Assembly: GCA_018713795.1 (NCBI GenBank)
Contig: DVOE01000010.1
Coordinates: forward strand, 4,014-68,013
DNA: 64,000 nucleotides
Source: Candidatus Limadaptatus stercoripullorum
Lineage (GTDB): Bacteria; Bacillota; Clostridia; Christensenellales; CAG-917
Reading direction: 5' to 3'
The notes under the pieces were generated by a model. That model did no database searches, was not told the DNA's origin, and worked only from the letters and a program-made list of their open reading frames with translations. Below are positions 46,987 to 55,778 of the stretch, one piece after another (within the stretch, counting starts at the first letter, position 1; every line of letters starts with the position of its first letter). The position numbers and the translations under genes were made by a program.

Positions 46987-48111
46987 ATGGGTTTCATCAA
47001 GAAAAACCTGCTCAAAGTCATCTCCTGGACGGAGACGGACAGCGACACCATCGTGTACAAATTCCCCGTGCCCGACCGCTATGAGATAATGAAGGGCTCC
47101 AAAGTCGTCGTCAGAGAATCGCAGGCGGCCATCTTCCTCACCGAAGGTCAGATCGCCGATGTGTTCACCGCCGGCACCTGGGAGCTCACCCCCGACAACA
47201 CCCCCATCCTCTCCAAGCTCGGCGCGTGGAAGTACGGCTTCGACATGCCCGTCAAGTCGGATATCTACTATGTCAGCCTCAAGCAGTTCATAGGCATGAA
47301 GTGGGGCACCGCCAATCCCATCATGATGCGCGACAAGGATTTCGGCATGATCAGGGTGATGGGGCACGGCGAGTACAGCTTCCATGTGTGCGACCCCGCG
47401 CTGTTCATGCGCGAGTGCTTCGGCACCATCCATTCCGTGAAGACGGACGACATCGCCGATTATCTCAGGAGCCTCGTCATCGCCGAGATAACCGACCTGC
47501 TCGGCGAATGCCAGATCCCCGCGCTCGACCTCGCCGCCAACTATCTCGAACTCGGCGACACCGCGCGCGATCACGCCTGCGCCAGGTTCGGCAAGCTGGG
47601 GCTCGCGGTCGACCAGATCGTCATCCGCAACTTCAAGCTGCCCGAGGCGGTGGAAAAGGCGATGGATCAGCGCACCACCCTCGGCGTGTTCGACGGCAAG
47701 ATGCAGGAGTACGCCCAGTACGAGTCCGTGCAGGCGATGCGCGATTCGGCGCGCAACCCCGGTGCCGGCGGTATGTTCGCCGCGGCGGGCATGGGCATAG
47801 GGCTCGGCGCGAGGATGGCAGGGCAGTTCGGCGACAACCTGGATTCCATAGGCAGGAGCGCCGCTCCCACCGCCAAATGCGCCAAGTGCGGCGCGACCAT
47901 GCGCGCGGACGCCAAGTTCTGTCCCGAGTGCGGCGCGGCTGCCGTGCCCGCGGGCAAGACCGCCTGCCCGGGGTGCGGCGCGGCGGTGTCCTCGAAGGCG
48001 AAGTTCTGCCCCGAGTGCGGTTCGCCCATGCAAGCCGCTTGCCCGGGGTGCGGCGCGGCGGTCAAGGCGAGCGCCAAGTTCTGCCCCGAGTGCGGAGCCA
48101 AGATAAAGTAA
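46987..48111 (+). CDS. SPFH (stomatin/prohibitin-like) domain protein with three C-terminal zinc ribbons (COG4260 / B. subtilis YdjI-like)
   Basis: The N-terminus MGFIKKNLLKVISWTETDSDTIVYKFP...IMKGSKVVVRESQAAIF is the COG4260-type entry. The C-terminus carries three CxxC...FCPECG units. Confidence 0.72.
   Translation: MGFIKKNLLKVISWTETDSDTIVYKFPVPDRYEIMKGSKVVVRESQAAIFLTEGQIADVFTAGTWELTPDNTPILSKLGAWKYGFDMPVKSDIYYVSLKQFIGMKWGTANPIMMRDKDFGMIRVMGHGEYSFHVCDPALFMRECFGTIHSVKTDDIADYLRSLVIAEITDLLGECQIPALDLAANYLELGDTARDHACARFGKLGLAVDQIVIRNFKLPEAVEKAMDQRTTLGVFDGKMQEYAQYESVQAMRDSARNPGAGGMFAAAGMGIGLGARMAGQFGDNLDSIGRSAAPTAKCAKCGATMRADAKFCPECGAAAVPAGKTACPGCGAAVSSKAKFCPECGSPMQAACPGCGAAVKASAKFCPECGAKIK
47878..48108 (+). 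repeat. Tandem zinc-ribbon-coding repeats
   Basis: GCCAAGTTCTG(T/C)CCCGAGTGCGG occurs three times (about 47911, 47999 and 48074). TGCCCGGGGTGCGGCGCGGCGGT occurs twice (about 47966 and 48041). This indicates a roughly 75-nt unit duplication. Confidence 0.8.
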
Positions 48112-48121
48112 GGGCGGAGGC

Positions 48122-49216
48122 ATGATGGACGAGATCCGCGAGCAGGAAGCCAAGAAGGAATTCGAAGGCGTGCAGGTGGTCAAGTGCCCGGGATGCGGCG
48201 CGGATATGGCGTTCGATCCCGAGCTCGGCGCGCTGCATTGCGAGTACTGCGACACCGTCGTGAAGCCCGAGAAGAGGGCGGCGGATCTTTCGCGCGACTT
48301 CTTGAACGAACGCGAAGAAGGCGAGGTCGACGAAGGCTCTTCCGTCTACCGCTGTCCCAACTGCGGCGGCGAGACGGAGACCGAGGGTTTCGAGTCCACC
48401 ATTGAGTGTCCCTTCTGCGGCGCGACCAATATCGTCAAGGCGGAAAAGCTCAAAGGGCTCAAGCCCGACAGCCTGCTGCCTTTCGCCGTTTCGCGCGAAC
48501 AGGCACTTGAAGCGGGCAAAGCGTGGATAAAAAAGCGCTTTTATGCGCCTCGCAAGCTCAAAAAGAATTTCGCCGCCGACAAGTTCAAGGGCATCTACGC
48601 GCCCTCGTTCCTGTTCTCGACCTCGACCTTTTCCTCTTATGTCGGGCGGCTGGGCAAGCACTACACCGTGCGCGTCCGCACCTCGAAGGGGTACAGGACG
48701 GAGGTCAGGACGAGGTGGTTCACGGTGAGCGGCGCCATTGACAAGGCTTACCGCGATGTGGTCGTGGAGGCGAGCTCGGCGATAGGGCAGGACGAGATGA
48801 ACAGCGTGCTGCCTTACGACCTCGACGCCCGCGAAAGTTACAAGAAGGATTATCTCGCGGGATTCGCCGCCGAGAGATATTCCACCTCGCTCGACGACAG
48901 CTTCGAGACCGCGAAGGAGCTCATCGCTCCCGATATCAGAAGGTGCATCCTCGCCCGCTACGACTACGATGTCGTCGGCGAGCTCAATGTGGACACACGC
49001 TACGATGCCACGCGCTTCAACTACACGCTGCTGCCGCTGTGGCTTTGCGGCTACACTTACCGCAAGAAGCGCTACCGCTTCCTCGTCAACGGCAGGACGG
49101 GCAAGTCCGCGGGCAAGTCGCCCGTCTCGGTCATCAAGGTCATCGTCACCGTGCTGCTGGCGCTCGGGCTCATAGGGCTGCTGGTGTGGCTGTTCGGGTT
49201 CAGCGGCTTAGTCTGA
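48122..49216 (+). CDS. Zinc-ribbon protein with a C-terminal TM anchor (possibly YdjG-like partner of the SPFH protein)
   Basis: Starts 10 nt after the SPFH gene. Two CxxC-x-CxxC ribbons (VKCPGCGADMAF..HCEYCDT; YRCPNCGGETE..ECPFCGATN) and a C-terminal hydrophobic helix VIKVIVTVLLALGLIGLLVWLFGF. Confidence 0.55.
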   Translation: MMDEIREQEAKKEFEGVQVVKCPGCGADMAFDPELGALHCEYCDTVVKPEKRAADLSRDFLNEREEGEVDEGSSVYRCPNCGGETETEGFESTIECPFCGATNIVKAEKLKGLKPDSLLPFAVSREQALEAGKAWIKKRFYAPRKLKKNFAADKFKGIYAPSFLFSTSTFSSYVGRLGKHYTVRVRTSKGYRTEVRTRWFTVSGAIDKAYRDVVVEASSAIGQDEMNSVLPYDLDARESYKKDYLAGFAAERYSTSLDDSFETAKELIAPDIRRCILARYDYDVVGELNVDTRYDATRFNYTLLPLWLCGYTYRKKRYRFLVNGRTGKSAGKSPVSVIKVIVTVLLALGLIGLLVWLFGFSGLV

Positions 49217-49258
49217 CATCATCCGCCCGCGAGGGCGGCAAACCATACGGAGGTAGTT

Positions 49259-49453
49259 ATGATAACCAAGGATATGCTCATCATCGACGCGCTCAAGCAA
49301 GGCGACGCGCAGAAGATCGCCGAAGTGCTGCAGGAGAGCGGTATGCATTGCCTTCATTGTATGCTCGCCCACGGCGAGACCATCGAGGAGGCTGCCGCCG
49401 TGCACGGCATCGACGCCGACGAGCTCATCAAAAAGCTCAACGCTGTGATATGA
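49259..49453 (+). CDS. DUF1858 domain protein (hybrid-cluster-protein-associated redox disulfide-like)
   Basis: 64 aa with a GGAGG RBS. MITKDMLIIDALK...GMHCLHCMLAHGETIEEAAAVHGID..ELI..LN matches the DUF1858 pattern. Confidence 0.65.
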   Translation: MITKDMLIIDALKQGDAQKIAEVLQESGMHCLHCMLAHGETIEEAAAVHGIDADELIKKLNAVI

Positions 49454-49460
49454 GGCGGCA

Positions 49461-50012
49461 ATGCAGACCCGCGATATAGCTCAGATCTCCGCCCGTCTCA
49501 GGGAACTCAGGACCTTCTCGGACTACTCCACCGCCGATACCGCGCGTATGCTCGGCATTGACGAGGCGGAGTATGTCGCCTACGAGTCCGGGGAAAAGGA
49601 GATCCCCATCAACCTCATCTACAAGTTCGCTTCCATCATGGACACCGAACCCACCTATGTCCTGCAAGGTTTCCTGCCCTCCAAGGACAAGGTCAATGTC
49701 GTCTACGACGGCAAGGGGCTGTCCGTGAAGAGGTACGAAGGCTATTCCTTCACCTCGCTCGCCGGCGACTTCAAGAACAAGAGCATGAACCCCATGCTCG
49801 TCACCATCGCGCCGACGGACGAGCCCGAACTCGTGGTGCACGGCGGACAGGAGTTCAACTTCGTGCTCGAAGGCGAACTGCGCGTCATCGTGGACAACAT
49901 GGAGTACTTCCTCCGCGCGGGGGACAGCATCTTCTTTGATCCGTCCTTCCCACACGCCCAGCTCGCCATGGGCGGAAAGCCCGCGAAATTCCTCACCGTC
50001 ATCAACGAGTGA
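49461..50012 (+). CDS. XRE-family HTH transcriptional regulator with C-terminal cupin domain
   Basis: N-terminal HTH (ISARLRELRTFSDYSTADTARMLGIDEAEYVAYESGEKEIPINLIYKFA) and a C-terminal cupin (HGGQEFNFVLEGELRVIVDNMEYFLRAGDSIFFD). Confidence 0.8.
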   Translation: MQTRDIAQISARLRELRTFSDYSTADTARMLGIDEAEYVAYESGEKEIPINLIYKFASIMDTEPTYVLQGFLPSKDKVNVVYDGKGLSVKRYEGYSFTSLAGDFKNKSMNPMLVTIAPTDEPELVVHGGQEFNFVLEGELRVIVDNMEYFLRAGDSIFFDPSFPHAQLAMGGKPAKFLTVINE

Positions 50013-50028
50013 CCGTGGCAGAAAAGAG

Positions 50029-50056
50029 CGCCCCGCCTTCCGGCGGGGCGTTTTTA
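50029..50056 (+). terminator. Rho-independent terminator
   Basis: CGCCCCGCC-TTCC-GGCGGGGCG hairpin followed by TTTTT, 17 nt after the stop at 50012. Confidence 0.75.
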
Positions 50057-50160
50057 TGTCCTCGGACGGACGGCGCTAGGAAGCGGGTCGCGGACGCCTG
50101 CGCGGGGCGGCAAGGGAGGCGCGGCGCGGGGCGGAAAAAGGGGAAGGGCGGCGAGAGCCG

Positions 50161-50667
50161 TCACATCACGCGGCAGAGCGCGCAGCCCACGACCATGCCG
50201 AAGAACGAGGAGAAGAGGGCGACGGGTATCGCATAACGCAGGCGTTTAACATTACATTTTGAGAAATAAACCGCCGATATGTAAAATATCGTCTCCGACG
50301 CGCCCGCGACGACGGAAGCGCATCTGCCTATGTAGCTGTCCGCGCCGTGTTCGGCGATCAGCTTTTCGAGGAGGGCTATCGCGCCGTTGCCCGAGAGGGG
50401 AGTGAGCAGCATGAGCTCGGCAAGTTCGGGAGGTATGCCGAGAAAGGAGAAGGGGCGGGCGAGCAGTTTTGCCGTATAGGAGGAGAGCCCGCTCGCGCGG
50501 AAGAGTTCGATCGCAACGAACACCGCCGCGATGTAGGGGAAGACGGTGAGCGCGAGGGAGAGCCCGTCCTTGGCGCCGCCGAGGAAGCAGTCGTAGACTT
50601 TGACTCGCTTTACGAGCGAGAGGGCGATGAGCACGACGAGCAGGACGGGGAGGATATAGGCGCTCAT
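50161..50667 (-). CDS. spmB: Spore maturation protein B (nucleoside-recognition-domain membrane protein)
   Basis: 168 aa beginning MSAYILPVLLVVLIALSLVKRVKVYDCFLGGAKDGL, typical of SpmB. ATGA overlap with the upstream spmA stop. The remainder of track ORF 50161-51282 is out-of-frame overlap with spmA. Confidence 0.8.
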   Translation of the reverse strand: MSAYILPVLLVVLIALSLVKRVKVYDCFLGGAKDGLSLALTVFPYIAAVFVAIELFRASGLSSYTAKLLARPFSFLGIPPELAELMLLTPLSGNGAIALLEKLIAEHGADSYIGRCASVVAGASETIFYISAVYFSKCNVKRLRYAIPVALFSSFFGMVVGCALCRVM

Positions 50668-51227
50668 TTTGCGCGGGACGCTCCCGAAAATATTTTGCTC
50701 AGCACCACGCCGACGACGGTGGCGGCGAGCGAGGACAGGAAGATGGGAAGGATGACGGAAGAGGCGTCCGACGAGCCGCCCGCCGCGCGCAGGGCTATAA
50801 CGGTGGCGGGGATGAGCTGCACCGAGACGGCGTTGACGACGAGGAGCAGGAGCATGTTGTCCGAGGCGCGTTCGCTGCCGTCGGACATGGAGCGCATGGA
50901 GTCTATGCCCGCCGCCGTCGCGGCTCCGCCCATGCCCAGCAGATCGCTCGCGAGATTGACGGCGATGAGGTCGTAGGTCTCCTCTTTTTCGCCTTTGAAC
51001 AGGCGTTTGATGAGCGGTCTCAGCCCGCGGGAGAGCTTTTTGTCCAGCCCCGTCTCCTGCATCATGCGCAGCACGGACAGCCACACGGCGTAGATGGCGG
51101 TAAGTTTGAGAGAGAGAGTGACCGCGCCCGTCACCCCGCTCACCATTGCGGGCAGGGCTTCGGCGGGCGACATCGCCGCCATGGCTGCGAGCGAGAGCAG
51201 CACGAGAGCCGTGAAAACTGCGTTCAT
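50664..51227 (-). CDS. spmA: Spore maturation protein A
   Basis: 187 aa with MNAVFTALVLLSLAAMA...LKLTAIYAVWLSVLRMMQETGL...LIAVNLASDLLGMGGAATAAG, typical of SpmA. Track ORF 50664-53222 fuses it to the antisense strand of metG. Confidence 0.8.
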   Translation of the reverse strand: MNAVFTALVLLSLAAMAAMSPAEALPAMVSGVTGAVTLSLKLTAIYAVWLSVLRMMQETGLDKKLSRGLRPLIKRLFKGEKEETYDLIAVNLASDLLGMGGAATAAGIDSMRSMSDGSERASDNMLLLLVVNAVSVQLIPATVIALRAAGGSSDASSVILPIFLSSLAATVVGVVLSKIFSGASRAK

Positions 51228-51288
51228 ATATGAGCATATTAAGCGGGAGCGCGCGATATGCCGGGCGCTCCCCGCGGCGCAAATGTGT

Positions 51289-51317
51289 TTGCCAACGCGT
51301 GGAGTTTGGTCTATAAT
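51289..51317 (+). promoter_or_regulatory. SigA-type promoter of metG
   Basis: TTGCCA (51289-51294), 17-nt spacer, TATAAT (51312-51317). GGGAGG RBS lies 6 nt before GTG 51363. Confidence 0.5.
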
Positions 51318-51362
51318 ATCCGTTGACTCAAATAGTGCGCGCACGCGTACGGGAGGAAGACA

Positions 51363-53312
51363 GTGAAACCCGAATATTACATTACGACAGCCATCGCCTA
51401 CGCCTCGGGCAAGCCGCATATCGGCAATGTCTACGAGATCGTCCTTACCGATTATCTCGCCCGCTTCCGCCGCCGTCAGGGCTACGATGTCCGTTTCCAG
51501 ACGGGCACCGACGAGCACGGCGAGAAGGTGGAACTCAAAGCCAAGGCGGCGGGCGTCACCCCCAAGAAGTTCGTGGACGGTGTCGCGGCGGACATCAAGC
51601 GGCTGTGGGACGACATGAACATCTCCTACGACAAGTTCATCCGCACCACCGACGAGGATCACGAGCGGCGGGTCGGCGACATATTCCGCAAACTGCTCGA
51701 GAGCGGCGACATCTACAAGGGCACCTACAAGGGTTGGTACTGCACCCCCTGCGAGTCCTTCTGGACGGAGAGCCAGCTCGTGGACGGCAAGTGCCCCGAC
51801 TGCGGCAGGGAAGTGCAGCTTGCCGAGGAAGAGGCGTATTTCTTCCGCATGAGCGCCTACGCCGACAGGCTGATCAAGTATTACGACGAGCATCCCGAGT
51901 TCGTGCTGCCGCTGTCGCGCAAGAACGAGATGCTGAACAACTTCCTGCGTCCGGGACTTCAGGACCTTTGCGTATCGCGCTCCTCGTTCAGCTGGGGCGT
52001 GCCCGTGCCCGGCGACGAGAAGCATGTCATATATGTCTGGCTGGACGCGCTCAGCAACTATCTCACCGGCGTGGGCTATGAGTGCGGCGGCAGGGAGAGC
52101 GAGGAAGATTGCGCGCGCTACTGGCCGGCGGATCTGCATGTCGTGGGCAAGGATATCGTACGCTTCCACACCATCTATTGGCCCATCTTCCTCATGGCGC
52201 TCGGCGTGCCGCTCCCCAAGCAGGTGTTCGGTCATCCCTGGCTGCTCCAGGACGGCGGCAAGATGTCCAAGTCGCGCGGCAACACCATATATTCCGACGA
52301 TCTGACCGCGGTGTTCGGGCGCGATGCCGTGAGATATTATCTGCTCACCGCCGTACCTTACGACAACGACGGCAATGTGTCTTGGGAGATGGTCAACGAG
52401 ACCGTCAACAGCGAGCTTGCGAATGTCTACGGCAACCTCGTCAACAGGACGGTCGCCATGACCAATCAATATCTCGGCGGCGTTCTCCGCGACGGCGGCG
52501 TGCATGAGCCCGTCGACGACGAACTCAAAGCCGTCGCCACCGCCGCGTACGAGAAAGTGCGCGAGAAGACGGACGCCTTCAAGGTCGCCGACGCCGTGCA
52601 GGAGATAATGGCGGTGTTCAGGCGCGCGAACAAGTATATCGACGAGACCATGCCCTGGGTGCTCGCCCGCGATGAAAGCAAGCGGGAGAGGCTGTCCACG
52701 GTGCTCTACAACCTCGCCGAGACCATAGTCATCGGCTCCAGCCTGCTTTGGTGCGCCATGCCCGAGGCGGCGGAGAAAGCGGCGGCGGAGCTCGGGGGCT
52801 CCCTCCGCGACTTCGACAAGCTCGGCGAGTTCGGGCTGCTCCCCGCCGGCACCCGCGTCAGCGACAAGCCCGAGATACTCTTCGGGAGGATGAAACAGAA
52901 AGATATGGAAGAGAAGGTCGAGAAACTCTATGCGGCAGCGAAAGCGGCAGCTCCTGCGGCTCCCGTCGCGCCCGAAGGCACCGTAAGCCTCATCGACATC
53001 GCGAAGTTCAAGGAAGTCAGCCTGCGCGTCGGGCATATCCTCACCGCCGAGAAGGTGGAGAAGGCGGACAAACTTCTGAAATTCACGGTGGACACCGGCA
53101 GCGAGGTCCGCACCATAGTCAGCGGCATCGCGAAGTTCTACACCCCCGAGGAGATGGTAGGCAAACAGGTGGTGGTGGTCGCCAACCTCAAGCCCGCCAA
53201 ACTCCGCGGCATAGAGAGCCAAGGCATGCTGCTTTGCGCGGTCACGGCGGAGGGCGATGTGGTCATCGTCTCCCCCGAAAAACCCGTGCCCGCGGGCAGC
53301 GAGGTCTGCTGA
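51363..53312 (+). CDS. metG: Methionine--tRNA ligase with C-terminal tRNA-binding (Trbp111/EMAP-like) domain
   Basis: HIGH-type motif GKPHIGNVYE, zinc knuckle CTPCESF...CPDCG, KMSKS (nt 52260-52274), and a C-terminal ...VVANLKPAKLRGIESQGMLL tRNA-binding domain. Confidence 0.95.
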   Translation: MKPEYYITTAIAYASGKPHIGNVYEIVLTDYLARFRRRQGYDVRFQTGTDEHGEKVELKAKAAGVTPKKFVDGVAADIKRLWDDMNISYDKFIRTTDEDHERRVGDIFRKLLESGDIYKGTYKGWYCTPCESFWTESQLVDGKCPDCGREVQLAEEEAYFFRMSAYADRLIKYYDEHPEFVLPLSRKNEMLNNFLRPGLQDLCVSRSSFSWGVPVPGDEKHVIYVWLDALSNYLTGVGYECGGRESEEDCARYWPADLHVVGKDIVRFHTIYWPIFLMALGVPLPKQVFGHPWLLQDGGKMSKSRGNTIYSDDLTAVFGRDAVRYYLLTAVPYDNDGNVSWEMVNETVNSELANVYGNLVNRTVAMTNQYLGGVLRDGGVHEPVDDELKAVATAAYEKVREKTDAFKVADAVQEIMAVFRRANKYIDETMPWVLARDESKRERLSTVLYNLAETIVIGSSLLWCAMPEAAEKAAAELGGSLRDFDKLGEFGLLPAGTRVSDKPEILFGRMKQKDMEEKVEKLYAAAKAAAPAAPVAPEGTVSLIDIAKFKEVSLRVGHILTAEKVEKADKLLKFTVDTGSEVRTIVSGIAKFYTPEEMVGKQVVVVANLKPAKLRGIESQGMLLCAVTAEGDVVIVSPEKPVPAGSEVC

Positions 53313-54088
53313 TGCTCATAGACACCCATTGCCATCTCACCGACGAGCGCCTGCTCCCCGAAGTGTCGGAGGTGATCGCCTCCGCCGCGCGCGCGGGAGT
53401 GGAGCGGCTGGTCACCGTCGGCTACGACAGGGAGTCCTCGCTCGCGGGCGCAGCGCTTGCGGACGAGCACGCAGGCGTGTGGTGCGCGCTCGGAGTGCAC
53501 CCCCACGACGCTTCGTCCTGGACGGAAGAGACGGGTGCGGAGTTCGCGCGCATAGCCGCGGAGAACGCCAAGGTGGTCGCGATAGGGGAGATAGGTCTCG
53601 ACTATCACTACGACCTCAGCCCGCGCGAGGTGCAGAGGGAAGTGTTTGCCCGTCAGCTCGCGCTGGCGGACGAGTGCGGTTTGCCCGCCGCGCTGCATGT
53701 CAGGGAAGCCTACGGCGACTGCCTCGCCGTTCTGAAGGAGAACTCCTCCCTGCTCGGACACGGAGTGCTGTTGCATTGCTGGTCGGGCTCGCCGGAGTCC
53801 GTCCGCGAATTCTCGGCGTTCGACGCCTACTTCGCCTTCGGCGGGTCGCTCACCTTCAAGGGAGCGCACAAAGGCGCCGAGTCGCTCGCTCTCGTCCCTC
53901 GGGACAGGCTGCTCCTCGAGACCGACGCGCCCTATCTCACGCCCGTGCCGTTTCGTGGCAGGGTCAACCGCCCGGAGTATGTGGCGTATGTCGCGGACAA
54001 GGTCGCCGAGGTGCTCGGCATCAGTCGCGAAGAAGTGGAGGAGATCACCACAGAAAACGCAAAACGGCTGTTCAAACGCATGAAATGA
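53312..54088 (+). CDS. tatD: TatD-family metal-dependent hydrolase/DNase
   Basis: MLIDTHCHL entry, GEIGLDYHY, LHCWSG and ETDAPYL motifs. Overlaps the metG stop (TGATG). Confidence 0.9.
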   Translation: MLIDTHCHLTDERLLPEVSEVIASAARAGVERLVTVGYDRESSLAGAALADEHAGVWCALGVHPHDASSWTEETGAEFARIAAENAKVVAIGEIGLDYHYDLSPREVQREVFARQLALADECGLPAALHVREAYGDCLAVLKENSSLLGHGVLLHCWSGSPESVREFSAFDAYFAFGGSLTFKGAHKGAESLALVPRDRLLLETDAPYLTPVPFRGRVNRPEYVAYVADKVAEVLGISREEVEEITTENAKRLFKRMK

Positions 54089-54117
54089 CGATTTAACTTG
54101 CCGTTTGGAGAATATCC

Positions 54118-54726
54118 ATGCAAAACATTGTTTACGGTTACGGGGACGCCCTGTATATAAATCTCACCAACCGCTGCTCGAACGCCTGCGTATTCTGCAT
54201 ACGCAATTTCCGCGACGGCGTGAGCGACGATCCCCTTTGGCTGGACAGGGAACCCACCGCCGAGGAGGTCATAGCCGAGCTCGAGAGGCGGGGAGCCGAC
54301 AAGACGGGCAAGGTGGTCTTCTGCGGGTTCGGCGAGCCCACCTGCGCGCTCGGCGTGCTCACCGAAGTGGCGGCGTATCTCAAAAGCCGCGGCGTCATGA
54401 CGCGCATCAACACCAACGGGCAGTCCGATCTCATAAACGGCGAGGCGCATACCGCCCGTCGGCTCAAGGGGCTCATCGACACCGTGAATGTCTCCCTCAA
54501 CGCGTCCACGGCGGAGAAGTACGACGATATCTGCAGGAGCGTGTACGGCAAGAAGGCGTTCGACGCCATGCTGGATTTTGCCCGCGACTGCGTCTCGGAA
54601 GGCATCGACACCGTCATGAGCGTGGTGGACTGCATAGGTGAAAAAGAGATAGAGGCGTGCCGGAAGGTCGCGGAGTCGGTCGGGGCGCGCTTTCGCGTCA
54701 GGGTCATGGTGGAAGGCGAAAATTGA
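54118..54726 (+). CDS. TatD-associated radical SAM protein
   Basis: CSNACVFC (CxxxCxxC, nt 54175-54198) in the context LYINLTNRCSNACVFCIR. About 200 aa and immediately downstream of tatD, as in the TatD-associated radical SAM family. Confidence 0.75.
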   Translation: MQNIVYGYGDALYINLTNRCSNACVFCIRNFRDGVSDDPLWLDREPTAEEVIAELERRGADKTGKVVFCGFGEPTCALGVLTEVAAYLKSRGVMTRINTNGQSDLINGEAHTARRLKGLIDTVNVSLNASTAEKYDDICRSVYGKKAFDAMLDFARDCVSEGIDTVMSVVDCIGEKEIEACRKVAESVGARFRVRVMVEGEN

Positions 54727-54729
54727 GAA

Positions 54730-54754
54730 GGAGCCCCCGTGGGCTCCCTCTTTT
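54730..54754 (+). terminator. Possible rho-independent terminator
   Basis: GGAGCCC-CCGT-GGGCTCC hairpin followed by CTCTTTTC. The U-tract is weak. Confidence 0.45.
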
Positions 54755-54929
54755 CGGCTCGCGCCGTCGTCTTCGATGAAAGCAGGTCCGTCAATGAGGG
54801 GACAAAGCCGTTCCTGCTTTTATCTGCAGGCGAGTGCCTGCCATCTTTTGTACTTCCGACCTTCGTCTTTGGTACGCTCTTAATTTGCGCGGTATAAGGC
54901 GGTATATACGCCATCGCGGGAGGAAAGAA

Positions 54930-55778
54930 ATGGAAAAAGCCGACATCAGGGAATTGCTTCGCGCTTCGGGATTCAGGTTCGACAAGGCTCTCGGGCAGAA
55001 TTTCATATTCGACGGCAACCTGCTTTCGGCGATAGCCGCCGACGCAGGCGCGGCGGCGGGCGAGACGGTGGTGGAGATAGGAACGGGCGCGGGCACGCTC
55101 ACGCGCGCGCTTGCGGACGCCGCGGATAGAGTGATCTCCTTTGAGGTGGACGAGCGCCTGAAGGACATACTTTCGCTCACGCTCGCTGGCGCGGACAATG
55201 TCACGGTGGTCTTCCGCGATGTGCTGAAGATGACGGACGCCGAGCTTTCCGCCGTCGTGGGCGGCGGCTCTTTCCGTGTGGCGGGCAATCTGCCTTACTG
55301 CGTCACTACGCCCATGATAATGCGGTTCGCGGAGAGCGATCTTCCCGTCTCGAGCATAACGGTCATGGTGCAAAAAGAGGTCGCGGACAGGCTGGTCGCC
55401 CGTCCCGGCACTCCCGAATATTCGGCGGTCACCCTCGGCGTAAAACTGTTCGGCGACGCGCGCATCACCCGCGATGTGGGGAGGCGGATGTTCCTTCCCG
55501 CGCCCAATGTGGACAGCGCGGTGGTGCGCATAGACAGAGTGGAGGGCAGGAGCTGCGGCGAGGATCCCGCGGCGCTCAGGCGCATAATACGCGCAGGGTT
55601 CGCCATGCGCCGCAAGACGCTCGCCAACAATCTCGCGGCGGCTTACTCCGTCCCGAGAGAAAAGGCGAACGAAGCCATCGCCGCCGCCGGTTTCCCGCCC
55701 CTCGTCAGAGGCGAGACGCTGTCGCTTTCGGACTATATAAAGCTGCTCGGCGCGCTGCGCGCGACGGGAACTATCTGA
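54930..55778 (+). CDS. rsmA: 16S rRNA (adenine1518-N6/adenine1519-N6)-dimethyltransferase
   Basis: FDKALGQNFIFD entry, SAM-binding VVEIGTGAGTLT, NLPYCVTTP motif. GGGAGG RBS. Confidence 0.92.
   Translation: MEKADIRELLRASGFRFDKALGQNFIFDGNLLSAIAADAGAAAGETVVEIGTGAGTLTRALADAADRVISFEVDERLKDILSLTLAGADNVTVVFRDVLKMTDAELSAVVGGGSFRVAGNLPYCVTTPMIMRFAESDLPVSSITVMVQKEVADRLVARPGTPEYSAVTLGVKLFGDARITRDVGRRMFLPAPNVDSAVVRIDRVEGRSCGEDPAALRRIIRAGFAMRRKTLANNLAAAYSVPREKANEAIAAAGFPPLVRGETLSLSDYIKLLGALRATGTI

Noticed and set aside
46948-48255. 435-aa minus-strand ORF
   Set aside because: It is an antisense shadow of the SPFH/zinc-ribbon gene. Its repetitive Ala/Gly/Arg segments merely mirror the zinc-ribbon repeats.
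51228-51362. Possible T-box riboswitch upstream of metG
   Set aside because: The whole intergenic region is only about 135 nt, and the predicted leader after the -10 is about 45 nt. That is far too short for a T-box (about 200-300 nt). I found no T-box consensus (AAnnnGGGTGGnACCGCG-like) sequence.
51228-53222. Upstream 665 aa of minus-strand ORF 50664-53222
   Set aside because: It is antisense to metG, which is an unambiguous aminoacyl-tRNA synthetase. Only the last 187 codons (spmA, from ATG 51227) are real.
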